DNA of 64,000 nucleotides from contig OX597817.1 of NCBI GenBank assembly GCA_951406725.2, positions 87,854,001 through 87,918,000 of the forward strand, given 5' to 3'. How positions within the stretch are numbered: position 1 is the first letter of the stretch; every line of letters begins with the position of its first letter. This stretch comes from Octopus vulgaris. Lineage: Eukaryota. The notes under the pieces are model-generated. The model saw only the letters and a program-made list of their open reading frames with translations, had not been told where the DNA came from and made no database searches. Positions 50,540-64,000 of this stretch are shown here, piece after piece. The position numbers and the translations under genes are program-made.

Positions 50540-52070
50540 AGATTTCTAGGTTGGTGTTATATAAACAGAGAATTGGTAAAATGCACAATAACATTAAGAG
50601 ATTTACTATAATCTTTCCAGGCAAATTAAAGAGACAAAAATAAGTGTAATATTTCATTTAAATATATTGGATTTTTTTAAACTTACACATAACTGGTTTC
50701 ATCAGTTTAAGTGTGGATTTATCAAATGAATATAGTTATAGTGGTTGGATTATATATGACTGAAATTTTTGAAGCTGGGCAGAGAAGTAGGGTACCAGGT
50801 TACAAGACAAATAACGAAAGGATATGGTTCTTAACCAGTTATGTAAAGAATGTTGAGTTAAGAATTTAAGTGACAAGTTAGAATTTTTAAACAAACTACT
50901 GTCCTATAGATGGTAGGCAGATATATTGAAGGAATCAGATTGATAGTTAAATTACACCTTTTGCATATACGTTGAAGAGATTACTTCAACATTGTATTCA
51001 GGTATGTCATAAGTATTTAAGTGCTTACTTTACACATGCACACACATATTAACTTGCATACATACTTAGGTTAATGATATATATATCCAAACAGTATATG
51101 AATATGCATGTGCATGTCGAGGTAAGCATATCCAAATTGCCCTTAGCTCAGGGAATTTCTTTGTCAGTCTTTCAAGCAGACTTTATACTTCAGAAAATTG
51201 TTTTTCTTCGTTTATTCATTGTTGTTCCATGGTAGAGTCCAAGCATTTATAACATTGGAAATATTTTAAAATTTGGTGGTTCTATTTCAGCACATGGTGC
51301 TATATGTCCACTTAACCAGATTTTCCTAGTTTTCTTTTCGTTATTTGTTGCTGGTGCATCATCAATCTTCTGCAGAGTGATAAACCTGTCCTGTCTGATG
51401 TAGTTATGCAAGCATTCCCAGCATGTTATGGCATAAATTAAATTTTGAGAGTTGCAAGTGAAATTTTCTTTTATTTGGAAGATTTGTCCATCCTTAAATT
51501 TCAGTTCCAAACCTTCAGTTAAGTACAGACATGTACAACAGTTCGGTCTACCACATTTGATAACCCTAGGGTTGGGTACTCATTTGAAAATATTTACTGA
51601 AGTTAGAATGTTCTTCAAAGTCTTTGGTTGCCTTTTGCTTTTGATGATAAGTTAATTCTCTAGGATTTTTCCAAGCAGAATAGGTATGTTGTTTTGTAAA
51701 TAAATATTTGATTACTTTTTATGTTAAAAATAGAGACGTAAAGTAAAACACCGGGTGGAGGGCTTTACTTCTTATTTTTCTGGGGGTATAGGGATCTAAG
51801 CATTTTGTCCTTTCTGTACCACTTACAATAAGACTGAGTGGAAACACTCTTTGAATTTATCCAGTTCTTCTAATCTTTGATCATGTATTGTAATGTTTGA
51901 TACAATTGTGCCTATACTTTTTGCTAAGTTTTAGAATGGCAGTATATGAAAAGAAAGTACAGTTTGTAATCCATGAGTTTGTAGTAGATATCTGTTTCTA
52001 TTTTTATTTATTTATTCATGATTAAAATGGCTAGAAATGGTAGTTCCTTCTGCCTGAATTCCATCATATA
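50540..52070 (-). mobile_element. Old, decayed Penelope-like element (Neptune-type)
   Basis: Reverse strand KCGRPNCCTC, ENFTCNSQNLIYAITCWECLHNYI (GIY-YIG) and LPFLAI...TDIYYKL upstream; degenerate GAAACCAGTT terminal motif near 50690-50730. Confidence 0.75.
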
Positions 52071-53331
52071 CTAAAAATTGGTGGAAGGGGACAAATACAG
52101 ATACACATACACATGCATGCACACGCACACACATACACACACACACACACACACGACAGGTTTCTTTCAGTTTCTACCTACCAAATCCATTCACAAGGCT
52201 TCAATCAGTCTAAGGCTATAGTAGAAGACACTTGCTCAAGGTGTCATGCAGTGGGACTGAACCTGGAACTATGTGGTTAGGAAGTTTGCTTCTTACCACA
52301 CAGTCATACATGTGCTATGCCATGTGTGTGTGTGTGTGTGTGTGTGTGTAAAGATAGTTGTATTTTACAGATTTAATGTTTCAGCAAAGAATTTTGTTTT
52401 TTTATAATTCATTAGCTCCTCTCAAGTACTGAGTTAATGAATGCAGAGTTTCTTTCCTAAAAAATTAAATATGTAAAATATAACTATTTGTTCTACATTT
52501 ATATTTAACTTGTATAGAGTTTTCTTTGGATTTCTGCTGTCTTTGATTTTTGATTCAAGAATTTTCCTTCTTATAAAGGTACTGACAGACACATAAATGT
52601 ATATAAATATATACATACATACATATATGTATGTGTGTGTATACACATACACACTATGCAGTATTAAAATTGTGGGCTGCTGGATGCAATATAAACCATA
52701 TAGGCAAAATTTAGTTGTCACTAATTGTGACTGTATGTGCTCAAGCATGTATGTGCTAGAAATAAGAGTTAAACCACTTATAGTTGTGTAAAAGTACATT
52801 TATATATATACTGACAGGGTAGACAACTGCCCCATGAATGAAGCAAGGTTAGAACACTGACCTGCACAGTTTCATCCTAATGGGAATTGTCAACAGTGTG
52901 CCTCTATTGCTTCCACGAGACAGCTAATTCTCCCTGTCAGTATATGTATTTGCCATATATAATTGGTTTTGTGTTAAGTTATAGGGAAAATGTGAAAACC
53001 TCTGCTAGGGACTGGTTGTGTTTGGCCCAAGAAAGAGACATTCTCAATGATCAGACATTGTCAGGATGGCCAAATTTATCCAACAGGTTCAGAACATCAT
53101 TAACAATAACCCCAGTAGGTCATCGAGAATCATTGTTAAGTAACTCAGTGATAAAGTGCACTTTAAGCTGTGTGGTGCATAAGGACATCAGATGAAACTC
53201 ATAAAGGGATCAGTGTATGTGTATGGTTCCAAGGTAGGTGTGGATTCTTGCACAAGCACTTAGCTCTGACTGCACTACTTCTTGTAGCAGAAACAACTGT
53301 AAGCTAATGAAATTGATTATATAATTCCTGT

Positions 53332-53540
53332 AGGTATCATCTGACTACAAATAGGTACCATCTAGCTGCAAATAGATATCATTTAACTGCAAATAGGTAC
53401 CATCTGATTACAAATGGGTACCATCTGATTACAAATAGGTACCATTTTGCTATAAATAGATACAAACTATCTGCAAATAGATACCATGTAACTACAAATA
53501 TATATCATGTAGCTATAAATAGGTACCATCTTGCTACAAC
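53332..53540. repeat. 21-bp minisatellite, ~10 units
   Basis: Units like aggtaccatctgactacaaat. Confidence 0.85.
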
Positions 53541-54832
53541 CCTAATACTTCTAACTACAAATAAGTGCCATTGTGCAAATAAATGCCATTAGTGCTACTG
53601 CACGCTGCTGTGTATAGTAGAGAACTGTGAATTTGATAGCTGTTTGGTTAGCTGAATTACTGAGTTCAAATCTTTCGACAAGTACTGACTTGGTTTTAGC
53701 TACCCCATCTGAAAAGTCTTTAAGTATTATTTCTCCTGCAACCCAGCTTAACAAATTGTACATCAATCAATCACCAACAGTATTGAGAGAGAGAGAGAGA
53801 GAGAGAGGACAATGATATTGTCAGTTTCAGCCATTTAATCTGGATAGTCAAAGCACAATGAATATAAGTTGCATTAGCTACAACAATCAGTATCATATTA
53901 ATTATTCTATATCCAGAGGATAAATATTAATCTAATCTCAAATTTCTGTATCTCATTATATAATTAATGATTGTCGTCAACATGAAATTGCATAGTGTAA
54001 TTGAAGATACTAGCCAGGGCTGAGTAAATGCAGTTTCAATGCCAACTTATCAATATGGTTACTTAATAATATATAGTAAATTTTAACTACGTAATCACTT
54101 GTTTCATCTCTTTCACAATAAACCACATGATTTATGTATATGATTATTTCTTTAGAACAAGTATTTGGTTCGATGAAGCCTTACAGAAATTAGATGACCA
54201 TATAATGTGATTATTTGATACTAGTCTATAGTACTTCCAACTGCTTTATGTTGGTGTATGAGTGAGAAGAAGGTGGAGGTTGTGTTACACTAAATATTTA
54301 TGAGCACTAAATAAATCTTTTCCTCATTATTCCAAAATCATTAGTAATAATCAGGCATAACTGTGTGATTAGAAGTTTGCATCCCAGCCACATGGGCCTG
54401 GGTTCAGACCCACTACATGGCACCATCATCAAAATGTCTTCTGTTATAACCCTGGACCAACTAAGGCCTTGTGAGTGGACTTGGAAGACAGAAAACGAAA
54501 GAAGCCTGTCATATGGTTCAGTGGTTAGAATGTCGAGCTCACCATCATGAGGCAGTGAGTTTGATTCCCAGACCAGGCTGTGTGTTGTGTTCTTGAGCAA
54601 GACACTTTATTTCATGTTGCTTGAGTCCACTCAGCTGTAGAAATGAGTTGCAGCATCACTGGTGTCAAGCTGTATTGGCCTTTGCCTTTCCCTTAGATAA
54701 CATTAGTGGTGTGGAGAGGGGAAGCTGGTATGCATGGGTGACCGCTGGTCTGCCATAAACAACTTTCTAGGTGCAATCCCATGGTCATTTATGATCAAAG
54801 GGAGTCAGGGAATCTTTACCCAAATATATGTA

Positions 54833-56090
54833 TATTAGGTTGGCAACTAAATTCCCGCCATTTTTTAAATTTAAATTTTTTAAAAGGTTTAATAAAAATA
54901 ATAACTAATTAATCAATAATGTATTCATCCTGGTTGTTTACAACTTCTTCCCAACGTTCAACAAGATTTTCAATACCTCGTTGGTAGAAATCACCCAATT
55001 TTGACTCGAAAAATTGATCCAACCAAGCTCTCAATTCTGCATCAGTATTGAATGAAACTCCACGCATAGCATTTCAAAGAGATTGAAAGAGGTGGAAATC
55101 CATTGGTGCCAAATCAGGAGAGTACGGTAGGTGTGGCAGCACTTCTCAGCCATGTGTTTGAGTGGCTTCCTTGGTCATATTGGCAATATGAGGGTGGGCG
55201 TTGTCATGCAGCAGAAGAACTCCATGCTGGCGATTAGGTCTTCTCTCTTGAATAACCATGTTGAGTCATTCCATCTGTTGAACATAGAGTTCTGCATTGA
55301 CCGTTTGGTTCCATTCAAACAATTCATAATGGATAATCCCTTCCCAGTCCCACCATATGCACAACATCATTATGCGAATGAAGATCATGTTTCATGTGCG
55401 GTGTCACTTGTTTACTGGGGCTAAGCCATTCCTTACGCTGCTTCATATTGATGTACAAGCACCATTTTTCATTGCCAGTAACAATTCGGTAAAGAAATCA
55501 TTGCTTGTGTCCATGAGTTGAGTGGTGACGAGCAAGCAAACCAGCAGAGATTGTGGCTCATTGATTTTTGTTGTTGTCACTTAAAGCAAGCAGGACCCAT
55601 GCTCCATACTTCTGAACCTTTCCCATCGAGTGAAGATGCTTCTCTATAGCAGTGTGGGAGCATTCTATTTTCTCTGCTAGTTCCCTTGTCATTTGATGAG
55701 AATTTTCATGCAAAAGTTGGTTTAATCGCTCTTCATTGAACTCAAGTGAACGACCAGAACAAGGTGTGTTTTTGAACTTGGCATACCAATCACAGCTATG
55801 GCACCCTCTCCATATACAACGCAAATGCCACGAGCAGCTTTTGCGGCCTTAGAACCTTGATTAAAAACAAAGCAGAGGAGGTCTCGAAAATGCTCATTTT
55901 TCTTAACTTGACATTCCATTTTAATGATCTGAAAATAAATAAAAATTAACTAAAATTAACCAGAATAAAAAACAAAATAAATTCAAAAATGATTCAAAAA
56001 TAGAATTCTCAAAAAAAATAGATTAAAATTTAAAAACGCAATAAATTCCAAAATTTAAAAAAACAGCGGGGACTTAGTTGCCAGTCCATG
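54833..56090 (-). mobile_element. Decayed full-length mariner transposon (~1.25 kb)
   Basis: TIRs ttaggttggcaactaaattcccgcc / gcggggacttagttgccagtcc. Transposase MECQVKKNEHFR..., SGRSLEFNEE, GAWV..L, HLPYSPDLAPMDFHLF, FYQRGIENLVERW; frameshifted. Confidence 0.92.
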
Positions 56091-56982
56091 TATGTATGTA
56101 TCCAGGCATGTATGTATATGTGTGTGTGTGCATGCGTTACTGTCTCCTTGCATTGATATCACATGCTAGTTGCCACCATAATGCAAGTGGTGTCTTTCAT
56201 TTCCAATATTCTGTGAAAATCATGTCTGGCCATGGGGATATTACCTTACTTAGAAACAAGGGCATCCATCTGTAGAAAATCTGCCTCAACAAATTCCATC
56301 CTATCTATGCAAGCATGGAAAAGTTGACATTAAAATGATGATGGTAGTATATATTTCATCTATAAGTAGCATTTTTAATATGTTATCATCATCATTGTTT
56401 AATGCCCATGTTTCCATACATCAGACCGTTTTTTTTCAGGCAGATTTTCTACAGCCAAATGCCCTTCTTGTGGCCAACCCTCATCTTTTTTCAAGCAAAG
56501 TAATATTCCCCATGATTAGATATGTTTTCATGGAAGGTTGGAAACAAATGACATGACTTGCTTGACGGTGACACATGTTTACAACAATCATATGATGTCA
56601 AAACAAAGAGACAGTAACATACAAACATACATGCATGTGTATGTGTGATGGGCTTCTTTCAGTCTTCATCTCAAATCCACTCACAAAGCTTTGGTCATTC
56701 AGGGCTGTAATAGAAGATGCTTGCCCAAGGTGCCATATCTTTCAACATCAGTTGAGCTCTTCAGTCATCCATATTTTATCCGCTTTAAACGATTTTTTAA
56801 TGTGTAGTCAGGATAGGAAGTGGAGAGCCCATAGCCTTTTCTTAGAGTATCTGCGACTGGTGGAAGGAAGGAAAGGAGGAAGTTTATCCTTGGACCACAC
56901 TCTTGTCAACCAAGTGAAAATACTTCCCTGCCAAATGTTTCCTTTACTTTTACAATTAACCAAGATTCCATAGACTTGTCAT

Positions 56983-57385
56983 CTTTTATCTTTTATTTGT
57001 TTCAGTTGTTAGACTGCAGACATGGTGGGGCACTGCCTTGAAGACATTTTGATCAAATGAATCAACCCCAGTCCTTTTTTTTTCTCTTCTTTTTCATCCT
57101 AGTACTTATTCCACCAGATTCTTTTGCCAAGCTGCTAAGTTACGGGAATTTAAACACACCAACATCAGTTAAGTGGTGGGGTGGAGGGGACAAACACACA
57201 CATACACATACACACACACATACACACACATGCATATATTAAAGGCTTCTTTTAGTTTCCTTCTACCAAATCCACTCACAAGGCTTTGGTCGGCCTGAGG
57301 CTATAGTAGAAGACACTTGCACAAGGTGCAATGCAGTAGGGCTGAACCCAGAACCATGTGATTTGGGAAGCAAATGTCTTACTAC
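56983..57385 (-). mobile_element. SINE family A full copy upstream of exon 57464
   Basis: Reverse complement of the family A layout, from tail cttttatttgtttcag to head gaaccatgtgatttgggaagc. Confidence 0.85.
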
Positions 57386-57463
57386 TAAATAAATAATTCC
57401 ATGTATGTCCCAGTTAAATGTTGCTTCTCTTTTTCATCTTGTGATGTTTATATATTTTGCTAG

Positions 57464-57582
57464 GATTTATCAAGAATCTCTTAGAAGACACTTGGACAAC
57501 ATTGGAGTGTGGCACATCTGATATACCACCCACAACCCCTAAACAGTGGAGCACTGATGTCATTGACAGAACTAGTCACAAG
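57464..57582 (+). CDS. TBC1D32: TBC1D32 internal exon 9 of 9
   Basis: ttttgctAG acceptor, AAG|gtaatg donor, 119 nt, phase 1-0. Encodes (G)FIKNLLEDTWTTLECGTSDIPPTTPKQWSTDVIDRTSHK, like recalled [20 protein letters not shown]...DPIDRSCQK. Confidence 0.93.
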
Positions 57583-57822
57583 GTAATGATACTTAATTCT
57601 TTCTATTACTTGCTTCTGTTATTTGATTGTGGCCATGCTGGAGCACCACCTTAAAGAGTTTTATTTAGTTGAAGAAATTGACCCCTGGACTTATTCTTTG
57701 TAAGCCTAGTACTTAATCTATCAGTTATGGGACATAAATACACCATCATCAGTTGTCAAGTGATGATGGTGGGGACAAACACAAACACAAAGACACACAC
57801 ATACATACATATATATATATGA

Positions 57823-58200
57823 CTGGCTGTGTGGTAAGTAGCTTGCTTACCAACCACATGGTTCTGGGTTCAGTCCCACTGCATGGCATCTTGAGCAAGT
57901 GTCTTCTGTTATAGCCTCGGGCCGACCAAAGCCTTGTGAGTGGATTTGATAGACGGAAACTGAAAGAAGCCTATTGTATATATGTGTATATATATATATA
58001 TATGTATGTGTGTGTATATGTTTGTGTATCTGTGTTTGTCGCCCCAGCATCGCTTGACAACCGATGCTGGTGTGTTTATGTCCCCGTAACTTAGCAGTTT
58101 GGCAAAAGAGACTAAGTCCTGGGGTTGATTTGCTTGACTAAAGGTGGTGCTCCAGCAGGGTTGCAGACAAATGACTGAAACAAGTAAAAGAGTAAGAGTA
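57823..58200 (+). mobile_element. SINE family A full copy
   Basis: ggctgtgtggtaagtagcttgcttaccaaccacatggttctgggttcagtccc...tgactgaaacaagtaaaagagtaagagta. Reverse copies adjoin at ~57605-57800, ~58223-58385 and ~59720-60082. Confidence 0.9.
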
Positions 58201-59489
58201 ATATATATATATATATATATATGATGGGCTTCTTTCAGTTTCTGTCTACCAAATCCACTCACCAGGCTTAGATCAGCCTGAGGCTATAGTAGAAGACACT
58301 TGCCCAAGGTGTCACACAGTGGGACTGAACCCAGAACTATGTGGTTGAGATGCAAGCTTCTTATCATACCACCACGCCTGCACCTAAATGTCAATAATAA
58401 ACTTGACTCAAGGTGGCAAGCTGGCAGAATTGTTAGCTTGCCAGGCAAAATGCTTCACAATATTTTGCTTATCTTTACGTTCTGAGTTCAAATTCCACTG
58501 AGATTGACTTTGCCTTTCATACTTTGGGGTCGATAAAGTTGAGGATTTGGGTTGACTTACTCACTCCCCCAAACTTGCTGGCTTTGTGCCAAAATTGGAA
58601 ATCAATAATATACTTCACAACATTGTCTTCTACTTCAGACAAGAAAATATTGGATGATAATCACACAAAATATTCATCTGCTACTAACATCACTGGTAAG
58701 CAAGGCACAGGTGTAGCTGTGTGGTTAAGAAGTTTGCTTCCCAACCACATGGTTTCTGGTTCAGTCCCACACCATGGCAAATTGGGCAAGTGTCTTCTAC
58801 TCTAGCCCCCCCCCCCCCAACTCCCAGGTCAACCCAAAGCCTTGCACGTCGATTTGGTAGACAGAAACTGAAAACAGCCTAACACATACACACACACACA
58901 CACATGCATGCACGCACACACCCTATCTGTCTCTCTTTATCTGTCTGTCCGTTTATCCATCTATTTATCTATCTATCAGTCGGTCAACTGTCTGTCTGTC
59001 TGTCTCTCTCTCTCCCACACACATTATTATTATTATTGTTTACTATTACCCATGTCTTATTTCTCACTCCATAAGTTCACACACACACTCTATCTACCAG
59101 TCAGTTTGTTGGCCTCTCTCTCTCTCTCTCTATCATATTATTATTATTGCAGCTATTATCCATGTCTTATTTCTCACTCCATAATTTCATGCGCGCATGC
59201 ATACACATACACATGTGTGTGCATGTTTGCATGTGTGTGTGTGTGTGTGTGTGTTTGCGCACGTGTGTGTGTTTGTATCTCCTTATCTTGATGTAGCATG
59301 ATAGTTGTAAATGAATGTCACTGTTACACAAGCAGTGTCATTTCACCTCCAATATTCTGCAAGAACATATTTGGGCATGGGGTAAATAGTACTTTGCTTA
59401 GAAACAGGTAAAGGTTGGCAACAGGAAGAGCATCCAGCCATAGAAAATCTGCCTCAATAAACTCATTCTGAGCATGAAAAGTTGACACG

Positions 59490-59552
59490 AAAACAATGAC
59501 GATGATGATGATGATGGTAACTTCCACCTCTACCATTACCACAACTATTATT

Positions 59553-59587
<35 letters not shown>

Positions 59588-60600
59588 AATGAATACCTAA
59601 TACTGTCAGTGCTACCATCATTTTCATAATAATCACCTCCACATCAACCACCAACACTATCACCATCACTACCACCATCATCATCAATGCTATACTAAGT
59701 TAACTGAGCCAAAGTTCTTTTATTCTTTCATTCTTTTATTTGTTTCAGTCATTTGACTGTGGCCATCCTGGAGCACTACCTTTAGTCAAGCAAATCGACG
59801 CTAGGACTTATTCTTTGTAAGCCTAGTACTTATTCTATTGGTCTCTCTTACCGAACTGCTAACTGACGGGGATGTAAACACACCAGCATCGGTTGTCAAG
59901 CGATGTTGGGGGGACAAACACAGACACACAAACACACATACACATATATATATATACGACGGGCTTCTTTCAGTTTCCATCTACCAAATTCACTCACAAG
60001 GCTTTGATCGGCCCGAGGCAATAATAGAAGACACTTGCCCATGGTGCCACACAGTGGGATTGAACCCGGAACCATGTGGTTGGTTCTTATTCTTCTCACT
60101 GCATTGTTTCACTTGCAAAGACACTTAGCTTCCAATGGTAATATCTACATCTGTTTTTGTTGTTGTTGTCATCACCGGTATGGTAGTGGTGGTGGTGATA
60201 GTCATCATCATCATTGTTGTGGTGATGGTGGTCTTCTTCATTGTTGTAGTAGTGGTGGTAACCATCGTCATTATTGTTGTAGTAGTGGTAGTGGCCATCG
60301 TGCTCAATGTCATCATCATTATTATCATCATTGTCTTTGTTGTTGCTTAGCCCGTTTAACCTTGGTCAGATACATCCGTGATCAAAAACACTCATACCAC
60401 AGGTACTCTATCTTTTTAAGGCAGTCTAGGACTACCATATCCTCATGTGTCCTTTCCTTATTTAAGATAGTTGGATGTTGTTCACAAGCTTGATTGTTAT
60501 TTCTTCTTCTTCTTCTTCTTCTTCTTCTTCTTCTTCTTCTTCTTCTTCTTCTTCTTCTCCACCTCCTCCTCCTCCTCATCCTCATCCTCCTCCTCCTCTG
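59490..60600. repeat. Trinucleotide microsatellite cluster (GAT/CAT, ACC, GTG/TTG, CTT, CCT)
   Basis: Visible simple repeats interleaved with a SINE; explain the homopolymer ORFs. Confidence 0.9.
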
Positions 60601-62187
60601 CCAAGAATTCACAGCATCCTTGAACCCACAAAAAAGACAGAGACAGGCAGAAACAAGGAAAATGCCCCTTGTATTTGAATACTATGCAAATATTCTTTTA
60701 AAAACTTTTCATTTAATTTTTCCATAATTTAATTGTTTTTCATACTTACAGTTGAAAAAGTCTCAATGACTGAAACTGGTACTGAAATGTTTTTTATAAA
60801 AATATTTTAGCATTTCTACCTTGACTTTTTTCCTATATATATATATATATATATATATATACGGAGCAAATAATTCACGAAGAATAATTTGCAAAGATAC
60901 CATTGACTCTGTTATTATCATTTAAAAATGATAATAACAGAATCAATAATATAGGTGATTGCAGGACCCGCCAAAAAAGCATTAAATAATTGAAGGATTA
61001 AAATTAATCAAAAGACATAGTAAGTATGTCTGACTGCTGGAAATAACAGTCAAAACTCTTATTTAAATCCCAAAAATACACTGATAATAACTACAGAAAT
61101 CAACTGCCCAAAGGTATATGGGCTAAGACATTCTTTCAGCATAGTATTTGGACTCACGTGGACTGGTTTCTGGACTGGCATAATAGCCTAACCTTCCTCA
61201 GCACACGTTACCATGATAGAGCGCCCCAACCTGTTGTGTCAAAGTCTGTGCTGCGACTGATTCATTTTGCACTGAAATCATGGCAGCCACCAGTGTGAAA
61301 ATATATATATATAGCACATGATCACGTGACCAACCAGACCATCAGATGTTGCTACACATCGCTGGTCACAATGTGTTCGCATTGTTTTAGCCTTCGAAGG
61401 ATTCCACCCCACTGGCTAAGTGAGCAGGCCAACATATATATATATATATATATATGGAGAGAGAGAGAGTGAGAGTGAGAGGTATGAAAGTTAAGATCCA
61501 AGGAAATGATATATGATATATTGTCAATGTAGCAGATGTTGTTTATGTAAGGTAGTATTTAGACATTAACATTAAATGTGTCACACCATTATAGATGTAT
61601 ATAGATTACCACAAGTACTCAAGCCAGCAAGGGAGCCATTCAATAGTGTCACCAGACTTGCTAAAGCAGCAGTCAATTTTTCTCTCATATCACACCCTAC
61701 CACCTTTTATCTTTTAACTTGTTTCAGTAATTGGACTGTGGCCATGCTGGAGTACTGCCTTGATGAGGTCTTCGTTGAGCAAATTGACACCCAGTACATA
61801 ACATTTTTTAAAGCCTGGTACTGATTCTATCAGTTTCTTTTGCTGAACTGCTAATTTACAGGGATGTATACAAACCAACACCAGTTGTCAAGCAGTGGTG
61901 GATGACAAAGTCACACACACAAATACATATATAACTGTCTGACTGACTGGCATTTCATCAGTTATGACAAGGGTTCCAGTCAACGGAACAGCTGCTCGTG
62001 AAATTAATGTGCATGTGGCTGAGCACTCCACAGACATGTGTACCCTTAATTTAGTTCTCAAGGAGATTCAGCATGACATAAATTGTAGAGTGTCTTGCTC
62101 AAGAACACTAAGCATTGCTGGGAATTGAACTCATGACTTTATGATTGTGAACCAAATACCCTAACTACCAAGCCACATGCCTTACAC

Positions 62188-62233
<46 letters not shown>

Positions 62234-62509
62234 TGTATATATACATATTGCGATCCTAAAACCAAGGTGCCATGTAAAATGCATTGGTGTGAGTGCTGGT
62301 GCCATGTAAAAAGCACTGGTGACAGTTGGCATTAGGAAGGGCATCCATCCATAGAAGCCTAGCCAAAACAGACTAGGGAACCTCATGCAGCCCCTAACCT
62401 TGCCAGTTTCCATCTACCAAAGGTGGGTGAGAAGCAAGTTTCTTATCACACAGCAAAGTCACAAAAAGAAAAGTGTGACATATTTCATGATGTGATCTTA
62501 GATACATTT

Positions 62510-63337
62510 ATCATCATCATCATCATCATCATCATCATTTAACATTCATGTTCCATGCTGGCTTGGGTTGGACTTTATGTCTTTAAAAAAAAGTGGTTTA
62601 GAATCATTACTGGGACACACTTTTTACCAAGGTCTGTTCAATGAAGTCTGACTTAGGGCAAAGCAACTATGACTACCACTACTGCTGCCACCACCACCAC
62701 TGCTTCTACTACTACTGCTACTACTACTACTACTAGTCTTATTATGCAGCCAAGTCTCTTTGCATTATGATTAGTATGCGTTCACCCCATCTTGTTTCAT
62801 TCAGATAGATTTCCCCCTCATGTTTCCTGGCGGAAATCCAGCAATATCAAATTACTGAGTCTCTAGAGGGACGGAGATAATGGGTGACAGGATTAATCAG
62901 AACGTGTGTATATGTGTGTTATGTTGTACATGTGTTATAGGTTGTGTATATGTGTGTGTGTATGTGTGTGTGCGTGTCTGTTCTGTACAGGTGTGAATGT
63001 ATGTGTGTGCTGTATTGCATATGTGTTGTATGTTGTGTGCATGTTGCATCTGTTGTGTCTGTTAAGTTTGTGTGTATGTATGTGCATGATTACGTATGGT
63101 ATGTGTGTGTGTATGTTGTGTGCATGTTTGTGTATGCATGTAAGTTGTCATTGATTAAGTCTATAACATTGCTAAATTCTGTTAAATCCTGTGAAACTAA
63201 TGATTTTTTTCATCCTGTTGCTTTCTCCTTTCATTTTCATTTCCAATTGAACAATGAAGGGATGAGGAGGAAAATTACACACACACACAGATATATACAC
63301 ATATATATATATATATGCATATATACATATATATATG

Positions 63338-63381
<44 letters not shown>

Positions 63382-63920
63382 AGTATATGTATTCTTCATT
63401 GCCATTACCCAACATATTGCATTCTGATATAATTCCAAGCTAAGCTCCCTGCATCATCTAACGGTGTGTAGGACATGTTCAGTCCACACACCCCTCCTCC
63501 TCCTCTTCCTCTTCCACCTTTATAATCACATGGGTGCACGTTTACATATTCTGTTATATTCAATAATCGTTAGTAATTGATGACTGCAGCAGCAGCATCA
63601 TCAACTATCACCGCCACCACTATTCGTGTTACCACCAATACCATCCCCACCACCACCACTACCTGCACTACCACCCACCTTTATTATAACTGACAACACC
63701 ATCAACATTTTAATCATTACTATTAATATTACCACCTGCACTACAACCAACACCACCACCAACAACAGCAACATTATTACCACAACCATCACTGCTACTA
63801 TCACCACCACTATCATCACCTCCTCCACTATCTCCACCACTGCGATTGCTGCTACCACAGCTATCATCATCATCATCATCACCAACACCACCACAATACC
63901 ACCACTGCCACTACACTTCC
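62510..63920. repeat. Low-complexity region: (CAT)n, (CTA)n, degenerate (TG)n, (TA)n, (ACC/ATC)n
   Basis: Visible simple repeats surrounding a short unique island at ~62755-62905. Confidence 0.85.
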
Positions 63921-64000
63921 TTTTTCTTTGTGTTTTATTTTCTAACAAAAGCGAGCTTTTGTGTCTGTTCCAGCAACTTTGGTAGGCGCCATGCCAGACA

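Noticed and set aside
59324-63985. Poly-M/D/R/S/L/T/V and YI/CV-repeat ORFs in the track (also ~26250-26540, 29084-29860, 47207-47464)
   Set aside because: Translations of microsatellites; no splice-consistent or family-like sequence.
57583-64000. Next constitutive TBC1D32 exon (SFLALVNLL-like)
   Set aside because: Not found; it probably lies beyond the window.

Overview
AT-rich, microsatellite- and SINE-saturated animal genomic DNA; the repeat families resemble those I recall from Octopus (inference). The window lies inside one + strand gene. Nine GT-AG exons (3667-57582, 1130 nt) splice with consistent phase and no stop into the middle part of protein broad-minded (TBC1D32/BROMI); the start and stop codons lie outside the window. 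The introns hold several tRNA-derived SINE families, RTE, Tx1/L1-like and two restriction-like-endonuclease LINE fragments, a young and an old Penelope-like (GIY-YIG) element, two full-length decayed mariners, piggyBac-type MITEs, a solo-LTR-like segment and minisatellites. The most unusual signal is a set of short non-coding elements ending in minimal type-I hammerhead-ribozyme-like motifs. One is a tRNA-headed element with an inverted 3' copy and a 15-bp target duplication (29480-31386), a candidate SINE mobilised by Penelope-like elements. Protein and family assignments come from remembered motifs, not searches; repeat boundaries are approximate. Nearly all ORFs in the supplied track are spurious.
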